A DNA stretch of 35,388 nt, taken from an uncultured Odoribacter sp. Its GTDB lineage: Bacteria > Bacteroidota > Bacteroidia > Bacteroidales > Marinifilaceae. Location of the stretch: NCBI GenBank assembly GCA_947039985.1, contig CAMRAP010000001.1:1-35388 (forward strand), in the 5' to 3' direction. Below are positions 27,490 through 35,388 of the stretch, piece by piece (the first letter of the stretch is position 1; each line of letters begins with the position of its first letter). The position numbers and the translations under genes are program-made. The notes under the pieces were generated by a model. That model saw nothing but the letters and a program-made list of their open reading frames with translations. It was not told the DNA's origin and searched no databases.

Positions 27490-28269
27490 CTCTTCTATAT
27501 ATTTCTGATAGTGTTTTAATCTAATGTTCCATCCATGCACACCAAATGGCAAATGATTTTGATTATAATGAAAACATTCCGCAACTTGGACATCAAAAGC
27601 AAATTCTATTGCCTCTTGCCAAATAGGAATTTTAAAGTCAGAAAATACTTTTACCACTTCTAATGACCAAAAAGTATCTTCATTAAAGCGCTTATTGGCA
27701 TTTTTATGTGTATACTCCTCTATTTTATGCTGCATTTTTTGAACTGCCTGATAATGTGATTCCACTTTACGCAAAGAAAATCCTCCATTCCCTACCTTAT
27801 CAAAGGTATCATGAAAACTACGTATATTCAAAGCACCATATAACTTTTGCTTTATTTTCCAATATAAAGCATAGTACCAATTGTGATATTTTTGTTTTCT
27901 CAACCAAGGAGCCCCTATATAATCATAACCTTTTTTACACCACATCTCTAATTCATCTCTAAAAACGTAAACATCCAATTGATAAATTAGTATATATTCA
28001 TAATTTATAAAGCGTTTATAAAACTCTTTACTCAACATCAATGCATTGTATCCTGCAACTCCATCGAAAAAAACATCATCAAAAGTTTCAACTCCAATAT
28101 TAAATTGATTTAAAACAGAAGATAAATCTAAACTTTTAGGTTTAATGATTGTCAAGTCGTAATGTCCTAATATCTTTTGACAACGTTTCAATGAAATCCA
28201 TTCTGTTTCAGACAGTTCTGATTTATATATTGGGATAACAACTTTTACAGTCTTAAGCATTTCAATCAT
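27484..28269 (-). CDS. DUF5672 family protein (probable glycosyltransferase-like)
   Basis: ILIYQLD, YDYIGAPW, VGNGGFSLRKV, NEDTFW, PFGVHGW. Confidence 0.8.
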   Translation of the reverse strand: MIEMLKTVKVVIPIYKSELSETEWISLKRCQKILGHYDLTIIKPKSLDLSSVLNQFNIGVETFDDVFFDGVAGYNALMLSKEFYKRFINYEYILIYQLDVYVFRDELEMWCKKGYDYIGAPWLRKQKYHNWYYALYWKIKQKLYGALNIRSFHDTFDKVGNGGFSLRKVESHYQAVQKMQHKIEEYTHKNANKRFNEDTFWSLEVVKVFSDFKIPIWQEAIEFAFDVQVAECFHYNQNHLPFGVHGWNIRLKHYQKYIEEL

Positions 28270-29563
28270 TTTTCAATTTTAGACAGCTATCATCTTCCTG
28301 TTTCTTAAACACTCCACTATTCCAATATAACAAGGAAAGAAAAAACAAAATCACTGGTTTAGAGTCATTTAAAGACAACAACACTGTCGTATTATTAACA
28401 AGTACTATCACAATCCAAAGCGATAGTACAATAAAAGTAAACTGCCTGTTCCGATACATGTGCCAAATGGGTAAGAAAAATATGCCTAATACAAACAACA
28501 AACCAGCGAATCCACCGATCAACCAAAAATAAATAAAAGAGTTATGAGGGTCTGTTAATCCATGTACCGCATACTTCGATTCTGCATACCATTTTTTCAC
28601 CGTATTTGTATATGCCACTCCTAGTCCAAAAATACCAAATTCTCCAAAATGATTAAAATTTTCCTTGTATAATGCTACACGAGGAACAATCGTTCCCCCT
28701 TGCGACAAATCACCTTTCAATACATGATGAATCTCATCTTTAGTTGTATTAAAACGCCCTTTTAGACTTTCAGGAGCATTGACGATTAACACCATTAATA
28801 CACCTACTAATATGACAATAACTCCTAGTTTGTATTTCATACTATATCCTTTCAAAAAGAATACAAGTAAAGGTAATAAACCAAGACCAAAAGATATAAA
28901 AGCACTTTTCGTCTCCGTCAAAAAAAGAAAGAAAAGTAAGAGAGAAAAAGGCAATAGGTATTTGAACTTATTCAAAATCCCTCGTGCTATTATAGCAAAA
29001 TAAAATACAATCACTGTTGCTAAACTAATACATAATCCTAGAGGCTCTAAAAAAACATGTCCCCCAAATATCTCCTTATTCCCTCCAAATCTACTTGCTG
29101 ATATTACTTTGATTGCAACAATCGGTTCATTAAATAAATTATCCCCTGTCAATTTAAAAAAAGATGCAAGATTAAAAATGATAACACCTCCAACAAATGC
29201 CAACAATGAATAATTCAATATTTTTTTGTTCAACACATCTTTTACTGAACAGACATAAAGCGGAATAGCAATAAAATAAAGCAGTAAAGATTCAAATATT
29301 GTATAACTATATTTCACCAGTTCATCACCCCAAAATTTGAGTATTAAAGCATGTACTCCCATGTATAGAATAAAATAAAAAGGCAATTTCAAAAAAAGAT
29401 TATCCTCTCTTAGATTCACTATCACCTCTTTTTTCGCTACAGAAAAATTTAATACAATCCCTATAATAATCACTATATTAAAAAAGTTGGTATACAGAAA
29501 AGATACACTCCCTAACAAAAAAGCAATAGCAATAAATAAATAGATTCTGATTTTTTGTGTCAT
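28262..29563 (-). CDS. O-antigen ligase/polymerase family membrane protein (Wzy_C/WaaL-like)
   Basis: About 12 hydrophobic segments; LTETKSA, periplasmic loop with PRVALY..GLG..DPHNSF. Confidence 0.82.
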   Translation of the reverse strand: MTQKIRIYLFIAIAFLLGSVSFLYTNFFNIVIIIGIVLNFSVAKKEVIVNLREDNLFLKLPFYFILYMGVHALILKFWGDELVKYSYTIFESLLLYFIAIPLYVCSVKDVLNKKILNYSLLAFVGGVIIFNLASFFKLTGDNLFNEPIVAIKVISASRFGGNKEIFGGHVFLEPLGLCISLATVIVFYFAIIARGILNKFKYLLPFSLLLFFLFLTETKSAFISFGLGLLPLLVFFLKGYSMKYKLGVIVILVGVLMVLIVNAPESLKGRFNTTKDEIHHVLKGDLSQGGTIVPRVALYKENFNHFGEFGIFGLGVAYTNTVKKWYAESKYAVHGLTDPHNSFIYFWLIGGFAGLLFVLGIFFLPIWHMYRNRQFTFIVLSLWIVIVLVNNTTVLLSLNDSKPVILFFLSLLYWNSGVFKKQEDDSCLKLKND

Positions 29564-29566
29564 ATT

Positions 29567-30391
29567 TTATTTTATATTTCCCTGATTTTCATCATAAGGT
29601 TTATCCAAATCCAAAAAATAAAAATGATGAGATGCTCTTTTATTTTCTGGGGGAATAGTCATATAATCACCATAAAAAGATTTTAAATAATCATGTGGTT
29701 TTTCACATCCCATAAACATCTTCCCCTCAAACAAAATAGGAGTTGGTCTTCCCAAATTTGCTTTTGGCATCAAACTAGCACTTCCCCCATCGTGGTCACA
29801 AACAAGTGTTGAAGTTTCATAATCAAACTGTCTAATCAATTTCTCTATCTTCCGTTGAAGGAAATTTCGAGAATATAAATAATTTACGATTCGAGAAGGC
29901 CATGATCTTATTCCTCGTCCGTGTTTATAGGGGTCTCGATAACGGAAATAACGCAATTTATCGATACACTTTACCTTTTCAAAATGTAGTTTCCGCAAAA
30001 ACACGTTTTCAGGCACTCCATCTAAAGGAAAAACATCGATATAAAGACCACCCGTATAATTAAAATGTTTCTTTTCTATCAAAGTAGTACGCTTATCTTC
30101 TACTTTCATAAACCACCACGAGTAATTAGGATGAGAAGTATAATTCTTCAATTCAAGGTATTCGGGTAAACATTGCTTGGCTATTTCAAAAAAACGATCA
30201 TAATCTTTACGTGGCATACCAATATCTAAATCATCATCCCAAGGAATAAAACCTTGATGACGAACAGCTCCTAACATCGTTCCTGCTAATAAATAATAAG
30301 TTAGATTATTTTCTCGACAGACTCTATCAATATCAATTAAATTATCCAATAATCTTAACTGCAAACGCCTTACATCATATCCATTACTCAT
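29567..30391 (-). CDS. licD: LicD family phosphotransferase
   Basis: GTMLGAVRHQGFIPWDDDLDIGMPR, IDVFPLD, FEG, YL..YGDYMTIPP. Confidence 0.93.
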   Translation of the reverse strand: MSNGYDVRRLQLRLLDNLIDIDRVCRENNLTYYLLAGTMLGAVRHQGFIPWDDDLDIGMPRKDYDRFFEIAKQCLPEYLELKNYTSHPNYSWWFMKVEDKRTTLIEKKHFNYTGGLYIDVFPLDGVPENVFLRKLHFEKVKCIDKLRYFRYRDPYKHGRGIRSWPSRIVNYLYSRNFLQRKIEKLIRQFDYETSTLVCDHDGGSASLMPKANLGRPTPILFEGKMFMGCEKPHDYLKSFYGDYMTIPPENKRASHHFYFLDLDKPYDENQGNIK

Positions 30392-31080
30392 CGTAAATTA
30401 CTCTTTATCGTTCCTTTTATATATTCCATATTTTCTCCTGTCAATTTAGCATATTCAAGCGATACAACATCTAAGTTTTTTCCCACTAGACCTAAACGAG
30501 AAAAATTAACAATCCCTTCTTTCCTTGTCAGTTTTCGATAACTAATCCGATTTAGATCCACTAAATAGAAATCACAACTTCCATCATCAGCTCTTTTTAT
30601 TAGTGTATTCCCTTGAGAATGATCCTTAAAGAATATCTGCTTTTGCTGAAAATCATAGGTAAAACGAGTGAATGCTATCAAAATTTCTTCTAAATCAACA
30701 GGTTTTTCTTGCAAAAGTTCTCGAAAGCGAAAATCATAGTCTAACTGAACTGACACATAAAAGCTTCTAGTCACTCCTACTGCATTTTTATACACAATAT
30801 AGGCAACAGGATCAGGAGTAAGAACTCCACGACTCAATAAGATTTCTGCATTCAAATAAGAACGTTCAGCCTTTGATTTTCGGATATAAGCATAAGCGAT
30901 CTGATTAATCAAATGAGGTGGCTTAAACATTTTTACATTGCATTTAACCCCTCCAATATCCATGATCTTAATCACATTTCTATAATCATCAATCACATCC
31001 ACTTCTTTCTCAAAACGGGAGGGTATAGCCAGAATTTCTTCTTTTAAATGTATATATTTATTATGAATTTCATACTTCAT
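30388..31080 (-). CDS. Lipopolysaccharide kinase (Kdo/WaaP/InaA family)
   Basis: RNVIK, VKMFK, SKAERSY, TPDPVAY, catalytic loop DHSQGNTLI, LVDLNR. Confidence 0.85.
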   Translation of the reverse strand: MKYEIHNKYIHLKEEILAIPSRFEKEVDVIDDYRNVIKIMDIGGVKCNVKMFKPPHLINQIAYAYIRKSKAERSYLNAEILLSRGVLTPDPVAYIVYKNAVGVTRSFYVSVQLDYDFRFRELLQEKPVDLEEILIAFTRFTYDFQQKQIFFKDHSQGNTLIKRADDGSCDFYLVDLNRISYRKLTRKEGIVNFSRLGLVGKNLDVVSLEYAKLTGENMEYIKGTIKSNLR

Positions 31081-31082
31081 TA

Positions 31083-31967
31083 CTACAATTTTAAAATACC
31101 ATATTTAGTTTTTGTACTTTTCTGCTTGGCAGTCTCCTTTCTTATGGCTTTGTTTTTATCCAATGCTTCTTGGCGAACATATCCACGCTTATGATCCAAA
31201 TGTATAGTTACGGCAGTATATCGAATCTGTATTGGTCGTATTCCCGCATTCATAAGCCTCTCTCCCATTTCACGATCCTCTCCTCCGTATTCCATTCTTT
31301 CATCAAAACCATTAGCAGCCAAAATATCTTTTTTCCATCCAGAAGAATTATGACCATTCCAAGTTGCTTTAGTCGGAGTTAAATTATTCAAAAGCCATGA
31401 TTTTAATCCGTTAGAATTCAACTTATTATTTTTAAATGATGATTTCATACCATGTGCTTTCAACCATTTTATGTTGAAACAATTACCATTACAAACATCT
31501 TCATTACAAATTAGCATCGAAGTCTCCATACTCAATTTATGATAACCACCAGATAAGAAAGAACCTATCTTTCTATGCTTTAAATGTTGCTCTAAAAAAT
31601 CATAACGAGGCACACAATCACCATCACTAAACAGTAAATAATCTGTCTCACTCGCTACAATTGCTTTATTTAATATCACACACTTTTGAAAACCATGATC
31701 TTTATGCCAAACATGCTTCAACGTATAAAATAAATGAGGTCTTAACTGCTCAATTAAATTTGTAGTTTCTGGAGTTGATCCATCGTCAGCAACAATGACT
31801 TCAAACTCTTTGAAACTTTGACAATTATAAGCATACAACACTTTTTTAAGCCATTCAGGCTGATTATATGTAGATAAAATTACAGATATTTTACAATCAG
31901 AATCCTGTTGAAAACTAGAGTTAACAACATGATTTTCCTTTTCCATTTCAACAATAGGTAACTCCAT
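31083..31967 (-). CDS. Glycosyltransferase family 2
   Basis: SVILSTYN, VADDGS, FSDGDC, NGFDE..YGGED, HLDH. Confidence 0.92.
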   Translation of the reverse strand: MELPIVEMEKENHVVNSSFQQDSDCKISVILSTYNQPEWLKKVLYAYNCQSFKEFEVIVADDGSTPETTNLIEQLRPHLFYTLKHVWHKDHGFQKCVILNKAIVASETDYLLFSDGDCVPRYDFLEQHLKHRKIGSFLSGGYHKLSMETSMLICNEDVCNGNCFNIKWLKAHGMKSSFKNNKLNSNGLKSWLLNNLTPTKATWNGHNSSGWKKDILAANGFDERMEYGGEDREMGERLMNAGIRPIQIRYTAVTIHLDHKRGYVRQEALDKNKAIRKETAKQKSTKTKYGILKL

Positions 31968-31989
31968 GCTTAGGCTTTTGTTAGAAGTA

Positions 31990-32052
31990 CAAAGATAATA
32001 TTTTCTTTCTGCTATTCTCTAGTTGTTTCCTAATAAAATTTAGGTAAATTTG
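31990..32052. promoter_or_regulatory. Back-to-back promoters of the two LPS operons
   Basis: TATCTTTG at 31997..31990 (-); TAAATTTG at 32045-32052 (+). Confidence 0.65.
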
Positions 32053-32099
32053 CACAGATCAATTCAAATATTTAAAGTGTATTATAAAAAAACTATATC

Positions 32100-32705
32100 A
32101 TGACATTTACAGATTTATGCCATCAGATTTTTAGCTTGTCTATTGAACAATACCATACTACAGATAATGTTGATACCCCTATCAATAATCCATATACAGT
32201 AAAAAGTATTGAGTATTATCTATATCTTAAAAACTGGATCGATACTGTCCAATGGCACTTTGAAGATATCATTCGTGATCCACAAATTGATCCAGTAGAA
32301 GCCCTTGTATTGAAAAGGCGAATTGATAAATCGAATCAAGATCGGACAGACTTAGTGGAGCTAATTGATAGTTATTTCTTTGACAAATATAAAGAGGTTA
32401 AAGTTTCTCCAGAGGCTGTTATCAACACAGAAAGTCCATCTTGGGCTATTGATCGTCTTTCTATATTGGCATTGAAAGTCTATCATATGCAACAAGAGGT
32501 TGATCGTACTGATATAACTGAAGAACATCACACACAATGTGAGACAAAACTTCATATTCTCTTGGAACAACAAAAAGATCTTTCAACTGCTATTGAGCAA
32601 TTGATTATAGATATTGAAATGGGAAAGAAATATATGAAAGTGTACAAGCAGATGAAAATGTACAATGACCCTGCACTAAATCCGGTTCTTTACGGAAAAA
32701 AATAA
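32100..32705 (+). CDS. DUF4254 domain-containing protein
   Basis: KNWIDTVQWH.EDIIR, KRRIDKSNQDRTD.VE.ID, NTESP.WAIDRLSIL.LK.YHM, YKQMKMYND..LNP.LY. Confidence 0.88.
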   Translation: MTFTDLCHQIFSLSIEQYHTTDNVDTPINNPYTVKSIEYYLYLKNWIDTVQWHFEDIIRDPQIDPVEALVLKRRIDKSNQDRTDLVELIDSYFFDKYKEVKVSPEAVINTESPSWAIDRLSILALKVYHMQQEVDRTDITEEHHTQCETKLHILLEQQKDLSTAIEQLIIDIEMGKKYMKVYKQMKMYNDPALNPVLYGKK

Positions 32706-32708
32706 CAT

Positions 32709-33740
32709 ATGAAGCGACTGCTTGTATTTCGTTTTTCTGCAATGGGAGATGTAGCCATGACTGTTCCTGTGCTGTACTCCCTTGCAAAACAATACCCTGA
32801 TCTGCAAATAACAGTTGTAAGTAGAGCTGCTTTTCAAGCTTTTTTTGAACAGCTTCCTGCTAATGTTACGTTCTTTGTTGCTGACTTACATGGAAAGCAC
32901 AAAGGAATTAGAGGGCTTTTTCGATTGTTTAAAGAGCTTTTTAAAATGAAATTTGATACCGTTGCAGATCTACACTGTGTTTTACGTACTTTTTTTCTGT
33001 GTAGCTGTTTCCGTTTAAAAGGAGTATCTATTGCACGGATAGATAAGGGTCGTAAAGAAAAAAAAGCACTCATTTGCCAAAAAAATAAAGTTCGTAAACA
33101 ATTACCAAGCAGTTTCGAACGCTATACTAAAGTATTTAATAAGCTTGGATTCTCTTTCAATTTAAATTTCACTAGTATATACGAGACTGAAAAAGTTGAC
33201 ACCAAATTATTTTCTGACTATACTGGAATAAAAGCAGATCAAAATTGGATCGGAATTGCTCCTTTTGCTAAGCACGCTGAAAAAATGTATCCATTGGAAA
33301 AAATGGAACAAGTTATTAAAGAGCTCAATAAGAAAGAAAACACAAAAATCTTTTTATTTGGAGGCGGTAAAGAAGAAATTCGGCAACTTCAAGATTGGGA
33401 GGAAAAATACCCTCATACCATTAACTTAGCCGGTAAATTAAAACTAAATGGAGAGCTTGCTGCTATTAGCCAATTAGATATTATGATCTCCATGGACTCT
33501 GCCAATATGCACATGGCATCCTTAAGCCATACACCCGTGATATCCATCTGGGGAGCAACACATCCTTGGTGTGGATTTATAGGATGGAAACAATCAATAG
33601 ACCATGCTATACAAGCAGAACTTCCATGTCGCCCGTGTTCTATCTTCGGAAACAAACCATGTATAAGCAATGATTATGCTTGTATGAATCAAATTACTCC
33701 AGAGATTATTCTAAACAAGATACACCTATTCCTACATTAA
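32709..33740 (+). CDS. Glycosyltransferase family 9
   Basis: RFSAMGDVAM, DLH, GIAPFAKH, SMDSANMHMASL, WGATHP, CRPCS..GNKPC..C. Confidence 0.92.
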   Translation: MKRLLVFRFSAMGDVAMTVPVLYSLAKQYPDLQITVVSRAAFQAFFEQLPANVTFFVADLHGKHKGIRGLFRLFKELFKMKFDTVADLHCVLRTFFLCSCFRLKGVSIARIDKGRKEKKALICQKNKVRKQLPSSFERYTKVFNKLGFSFNLNFTSIYETEKVDTKLFSDYTGIKADQNWIGIAPFAKHAEKMYPLEKMEQVIKELNKKENTKIFLFGGGKEEIRQLQDWEEKYPHTINLAGKLKLNGELAAISQLDIMISMDSANMHMASLSHTPVISIWGATHPWCGFIGWKQSIDHAIQAELPCRPCSIFGNKPCISNDYACMNQITPEIILNKIHLFLH

Positions 33741-33767
33741 AGTATTATTAATTTCAAAAATCATTTT

Positions 33768-34799
33768 ATGAACTGCTACTTTTCTAAAAACTACAAGAAC
33801 ACTACAAATGCAGGAAACAAAGCAAAAACGGATATTGAATTTATTCTTCAAAAGAATGGTTTTAAAAATATTGGCTTAAAGCAGAGCTTTCATACGAATA
33901 AAATCAGTGGTTTTTTTGTCACCCTATTTAGTGTTATCAAAACCGCATTCTGTCTTGATAAAGGAGATGTACTAGTGATTCAGTATCCCCTAAAAAAATA
34001 CTACTATTTCATCTGTCGAACAGCTCATTTTAAAGGAGCAAAAACAATTACTTTAATACACGATTTAGGAAGCTTTAGACGAAAAAAACTAACTGCATCT
34101 CAAGAAATAAAACGATTAAGTCAAAGTGACTATATTATTGCACATAATACTGCTATGCAGAATTGGCTGAAAGAAAATGGATGTTTAACTCCTATTGAAT
34201 GCTTAGAAATATTTGACTATCTATCGCCAACACCAACTCCTGAACGAACTCAGGCTCACTCTCCATATCAGATTGTTTATGCAGGAGCATTAAGTCCTCG
34301 AAAAAATAGTTTTCTATATGAATGGGGAGATTATATTACAAATTACAGCATACATTTGTACGGACAAGGATTTGAAACAGATAAAGCCAAGGGAAATGAG
34401 CATTTTATATGCAAAGGTTTTATCCCTTCAGATGAACTCATAAAAGAAGTAGAAGGTGATTTTGGTTTAGTCTGGGATGGAGATTCTACAAGCAGTTGCT
34501 CTGGGGAGTGGGGACATTATCTAAAATACAATAATCCTCATAAAACCTCCTTATATATTCGTTGCGAACTTCCAATTATCATTTGGGAAAAAGCAGCATT
34601 AGCACCTTTTGTTAAAAACAATAATATTGGAATCTGTATTAGCAATCTAGAAGATTTAGATGACATACTAGCTAATATACCGACAGCAGATTATCAAACA
34701 ATGAAAAACAACATTCGAAAAGTGAGCCAACAACTCTCAACAGGCTATTATTGTGCTAAAGCATGCAGAAAAGCTTGTGATATTCTAAGTTCTATATAA
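33768..34799 (+). CDS. Beta-1,6-galactofuranosyltransferase-like GT-B protein (WbbI/Gtf3-like)
   Basis: AGNKAKTD, IQYP, LIHDL, IAHN..M, IFDYL, YAGAL, FGLVWDG, YLKYNNPHKTSLY. Confidence 0.78.
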   Translation: MNCYFSKNYKNTTNAGNKAKTDIEFILQKNGFKNIGLKQSFHTNKISGFFVTLFSVIKTAFCLDKGDVLVIQYPLKKYYYFICRTAHFKGAKTITLIHDLGSFRRKKLTASQEIKRLSQSDYIIAHNTAMQNWLKENGCLTPIECLEIFDYLSPTPTPERTQAHSPYQIVYAGALSPRKNSFLYEWGDYITNYSIHLYGQGFETDKAKGNEHFICKGFIPSDELIKEVEGDFGLVWDGDSTSSCSGEWGHYLKYNNPHKTSLYIRCELPIIIWEKAALAPFVKNNNIGICISNLEDLDDILANIPTADYQTMKNNIRKVSQQLSTGYYCAKACRKACDILSSI

Positions 34800-34811
34800 A
34801 TACCTGTAATT

Positions 34812-35338
34812 ATGCAACAACCTATTCATATTGCTTGTAATATCGACTCTAGTTATATTCAATGCAGTTCTGTTATGCTAGTATCACTATGCGAAAACAA
34901 CAAAAATAGTCTCTTTATTATTCACATTATTTCAGACACACTAAACGCTGAAGATAAAGCAACTTTACAAAAAATTCTAGCAAAATATTCTCTGACTTTA
35001 AAATTCTATTCGCCAGATGAAAGTATCTTAAAAGCATGTCCACCTAGCAATAGCCATATTCCAAATATAGCTTATTACAGATGCTTTCTTTCCATTATAT
35101 TACCACAAGATATTCAAAAAGTACTATACCTAGATGGTGATATGATCATTCGAGGAGAGATTAATGAATTATGGAATACAGATATATCATCCTATGCTAT
35201 TGCTTGTGTCGAAGATATGTGGAGTTTAGATGAAGATAATTACAAACGCTTAGATTATCCCAGTTCGTACTCCTATTTTAATGCAGGTGTTCTTCTGATT
35301 AATTTAGATAACTGGCGCAAAAACAACACAAATCAAAC
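34812..35338 (+). CDS. Glycosyltransferase family 8, 3'-truncated at the contig end
   Basis: YYR, KVLYLDGDM (DxD), YFNAGVLLINL; runs into adapter sequence, so the stop at 35358-35360 is artefactual. Confidence 0.9.
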
Positions 35339-35388
35339 AGATCGGAAGAGCGTCGTGTAGGGAAAGAGTGTTAAGATTAGTGTAGATC
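35339..35388 (+). other. Untrimmed Illumina TruSeq adapter with i5 index (sequencing artefact)
   Basis: AGATCGGAAGAGCGTCGTGTAGGGAAAGAGTGT (35339-35371), TAAGATTA (reverse complement TAATCTTA = D506 index), then GTGTAGATC. Confidence 0.98.

Noticed and set aside
24213-32099. Invertible (phase-variable) promoter for the glycan cluster
   Set aside because: The promoter motifs at 24316, 31990 and 32045 are not enclosed by inverted repeats, and there is no invertase or UpxY gene in the window
410-33670. About 30 short alternative-frame or antisense ORFs in the ORF track (e.g. 410-598, 3302-3709, 10791-11285, 12207-12668, 33413-33670)
   Set aside because: All overlap well-supported genes and show no recognisable motifs; they are shadow ORFs
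34812-35360. GT8 as a naturally truncated pseudogene
   Set aside because: Its stop codon lies inside the Illumina adapter
1-35388. CRISPR array, IS element or prophage genes
   Set aside because: No regularly spaced direct repeats and no transposase, cas or phage-like ORFs seen

Overview
AT-rich core chromosomal segment of a Bacteroidales bacterium. Evidence: Bacteroidetes-type TAnnTTTG promoters, dnaA with no dnaN beside it, and typical gene neighbourhoods (Odoribacteraceae/Marinifilaceae-like by impression only). From left to right: a probable attachment-site end of an integrative element at the 3' end of tRNA-Lys(UUU); yigZ, dnaA, an MCE/MlaD protein and an amidase; putative lptD, an M64 peptidase, a TIGR01212 radical SAM protein and ppdK; a truncated meaB copy, a GT9 gene and intact meaB; HsdR_N-domain protein, queA, amn, DUF1573, yajC, YbbR-like, coaE, DjlA-like, DUF5606, a tRNA m6A methyltransferase and a ROK kinase; then an ~11-kb LPS/surface-glycan cluster (IspD/TarI, Wzi-like, GT9 x2, DUF5672, O-antigen ligase, LicD, LPS kinase, GT2, DUF4254, galactofuranosyltransferase-like, GT8). 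The last 50 nt are untrimmed Illumina adapter. I see no large novel multi-gene system. The best leads are the meaB'-GT9-meaB insertion, a candidate ~90-nt sRNA complementary to translation starts upstream of the ROK gene, the phased-repeat att-like region, and an MCE protein with a SPOR-like tail.
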